A program made the translations under genes and the position numbers. A DNA stretch of 62,570 nt, counting the filler. It is 6 parts of 6 records of this genome, joined end to end, with 100 filler letters (N's around TTAATTAATTAA, not from the genome) between each part and the next. Parts side by side here need not be neighbours in the genome. Positions count along the whole stretch, not along the records: positions 56,459 to 62,570 come from SRR31156797_6612; 5 more parts are not named here. One strand, given 5' to 3'. The notes under the pieces were generated by a model. It was not told the DNA's origin and ran no database searches. It saw nothing but the letters and a program-made list of their open reading frames with translations. Positions 61,067-62,570 of the stretch are shown in pieces (within the stretch, counting starts at the first letter, position 1; every line of letters starts with the position of its first letter).

Positions 61067-61247
61067 CGGCTTTAAATTGCCTCTATGTTAATTAAGCATT
61101 CATCGATATTTGTATCAATTAAATATCTACGCTTATGAAAAAAAAAATCTAAAAGGGAAATACAAAGCAATTAATCTTATTGCATTTACTTCTCTAATAA
61201 TACTGCTCGTAATACTATTCTATTTTTTAATTAAAACTTAATTTCTT

Positions 61248-62570
61248 ATGAAAAACAACTTGAGAAAAATCGGTTTCTTAACCGCTTTATTGTTATGCGT
61301 ACAGTTGTTGCTTGCACAAAACACTATTACAGGTAAGGTAACAGATTCTAATCAGGAATCTTTACCAGGAGTTTCAGTAATAGTAAAAGGCACTACAGTT
61401 GGAACCGTAACAGGTGTCAACGGGAGCTATTCATTAACAATACCCGCCGATGCTGAAATTGTCGTTTTTTCTTTTATCGGGATGCGAACAATAGAAGAAA
61501 CAATTAATGCAAGAACTACAATTAATGTCAGTTTAGAAGAAGAAACAATTGGAGTAGACGAAGTCGTTGTAGTGGGTTATGGAACTCAAAAAAAGGCAAA
61601 TTTGACCGGTGCGGTAGCTGCCGTTGATTTTGCCGAACTGGAATCGCGTCCGGCGGCTAATACTGCAACATTATTACAGGGGCAAATGTCTGGTGTTCAG
61701 GTTAGTAGCTTTAGCAATCAACCCGGTAACGACGATCCTCAAATTCGGATACGCGGTATAGGTACTTTAAATTCCGGACAAGAACCTTTAGTTATTGTTG
61801 ATGGAGTAGAATCATCTTTAAATCAAATTCCATCTTCTGATATTGAAAGTGTATCTGTATTAAAAGATGCTGCGTCGGCAGCAATATACGGTGTGCGTGC
61901 TGCAAATGGGGTTATTCTGGTTACAACAAAACGAGGAAAAGGAAGTAAGCCCACCGTGCGAATTAATCAGTCTTTTGCCTGGCAAACTCCGCTTGTGGTA
62001 CCCGATTTTGTTGAATCTTGGGATTATGCACATATCCAAAACCTTGATTTAACAGAGCAAGACATGGATCCCTTATTTACAGAAGAACATATTGAGTTAC
62101 TTAAAGACGGTTCTGATACTGATCGCTGGGCCAATACCAACTGGTTCGACGAGATGTATCGTACTGCTCCTATGAATACAACCTATGTTTCGGTAAGTGG
62201 CTCGAACGAAAAAGTACGTTATATGTTTTCGTCGGAATACCTCGATCAGGAAGGTACAATGATTAATACTGGCTTAAAACGATATAATTTCCGGTCGAAT
62301 ATTGATGTGGATATAAACGATCGGATTACGGTTGGAATGAATTTGTCGGGTAATAAACGCGATATTACTGAAACACTCAACAGTGCCGATGCATCTAACA
62401 GCGATAACGATTTAAATTATATTATTCGTCGTTTTGCCAATCCAACAGTTCCGGTAAAATATTCAAACGGCAACTGGGGGCAGGTAAATGGTTTATATTA
62501 TTTGCCTGGAAGTACAGTTGGCAGCATTAAAAACCCGGTAGAACTGGCTAACAGGGGAAATAATACTCTT
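61248..62570 (+). CDS. susC: SusC/RagA TonB-dependent receptor, 3'-truncated (absent from the ORF track)
   Basis: Manual translation: MKNNLRKIGFLTALLLCVQLLLAQ...LPGVSVIVKGT...DEVVVVGYGTQKK...IRIRG...SVLKDAASAAIYGVRAANGVILVTTKRG; open to the window end. Confidence 0.96.
   Translation, partial: MKNNLRKIGFLTALLLCVQLLLAQNTITGKVTDSNQESLPGVSVIVKGTTVGTVTGVNGSYSLTIPADAEIVVFSFIGMRTIEETINARTTINVSLEEETIGVDEVVVVGYGTQKKANLTGAVAAVDFAELESRPAANTATLLQGQMSGVQVSSFSNQPGNDDPQIRIRGIGTLNSGQEPLVIVDGVESSLNQIPSSDIESVSVLKDAASAAIYGVRAANGVILVTTKRGKGSKPTVRINQSFAWQTPLVVPDFVESWDYAHIQNLDLTEQDMDPLFTEEHIELLKDGSDTDRWANTNWFDEMYRTAPMNTTYVSVSGSNEKVRYMFSSEYLDQEGTMINTGLKRYNFRSNIDVDINDRITVGMNLSGNKRDITETLNSADASNSDNDLNYIIRRFANPTVPVKYSNGNWGQVNGLYYLPGSTVGSIKNPVELANRGNNTL

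Noticed and set aside
50560..62570. Treating the two Bacteroidota contigs as one locus
   Set aside because: They are separated by an artificial linker; they may share a genome, but adjacency is unsupported.

Overview
This window is not one locus. It is six unrelated contigs joined by five identical 100-nt artificial linkers (N44-TTAATTAATTAA-N44), so no adjacency across a linker is biological. Taxonomic calls are inferred from gene content and sequence style only. (1) 1-8820, probably a Methanosarcinales-type archaeon: flavodoxin, rubrerythrin and two tandem PAS-HisKA-HATPase-REC-REC-Hpt hybrid kinases. (2) 8921-35942, low-GC Firmicute: a 27-kb sugar island with GH105, a YteT-like oxidoreductase, a CE15-like esterase, kduI-kduD-kdgK, a YesM/YesN-type system with two orphan binding proteins, a sugar ABC importer linked to a URO-D-fold protein and rhamnose mutarotase, DeoR with an orphan ATPase, chvE-gguAB and an FGGY kinase. 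(3) 36043-44265, Desulfovibrionaceae-like: partial tRNA-Pro, amrS, purM and a ydbH-like / ynbE-ydbL-like / selO / Sel1 cluster. (4) 44366-50459, Arcobacter-like: typA, unannotated small ORFs with a mutually exclusive SD/anti-SD hairpin, Hsp20 under two CIRCE-like and one HAIR-like operator, a candidate sRNA, Crp/Fnr and sulfur genes. (5) 50560-56358, Bacteroidota housekeeping genes. (6) 56459-62570, Bacteroidota HTCS plus susC, the start of a PUL. I saw no CRISPR array, rRNA, transposase, integrase or phage gene. The best candidates for undescribed systems are the leader-peptide/SD-switch/29-aa membrane peptide cassette (45251-45431), the ABC + URO-D + RhaM module (22052-28320) and the lipid-bridge + SelO cluster (38792-44149). 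All three are hypotheses.
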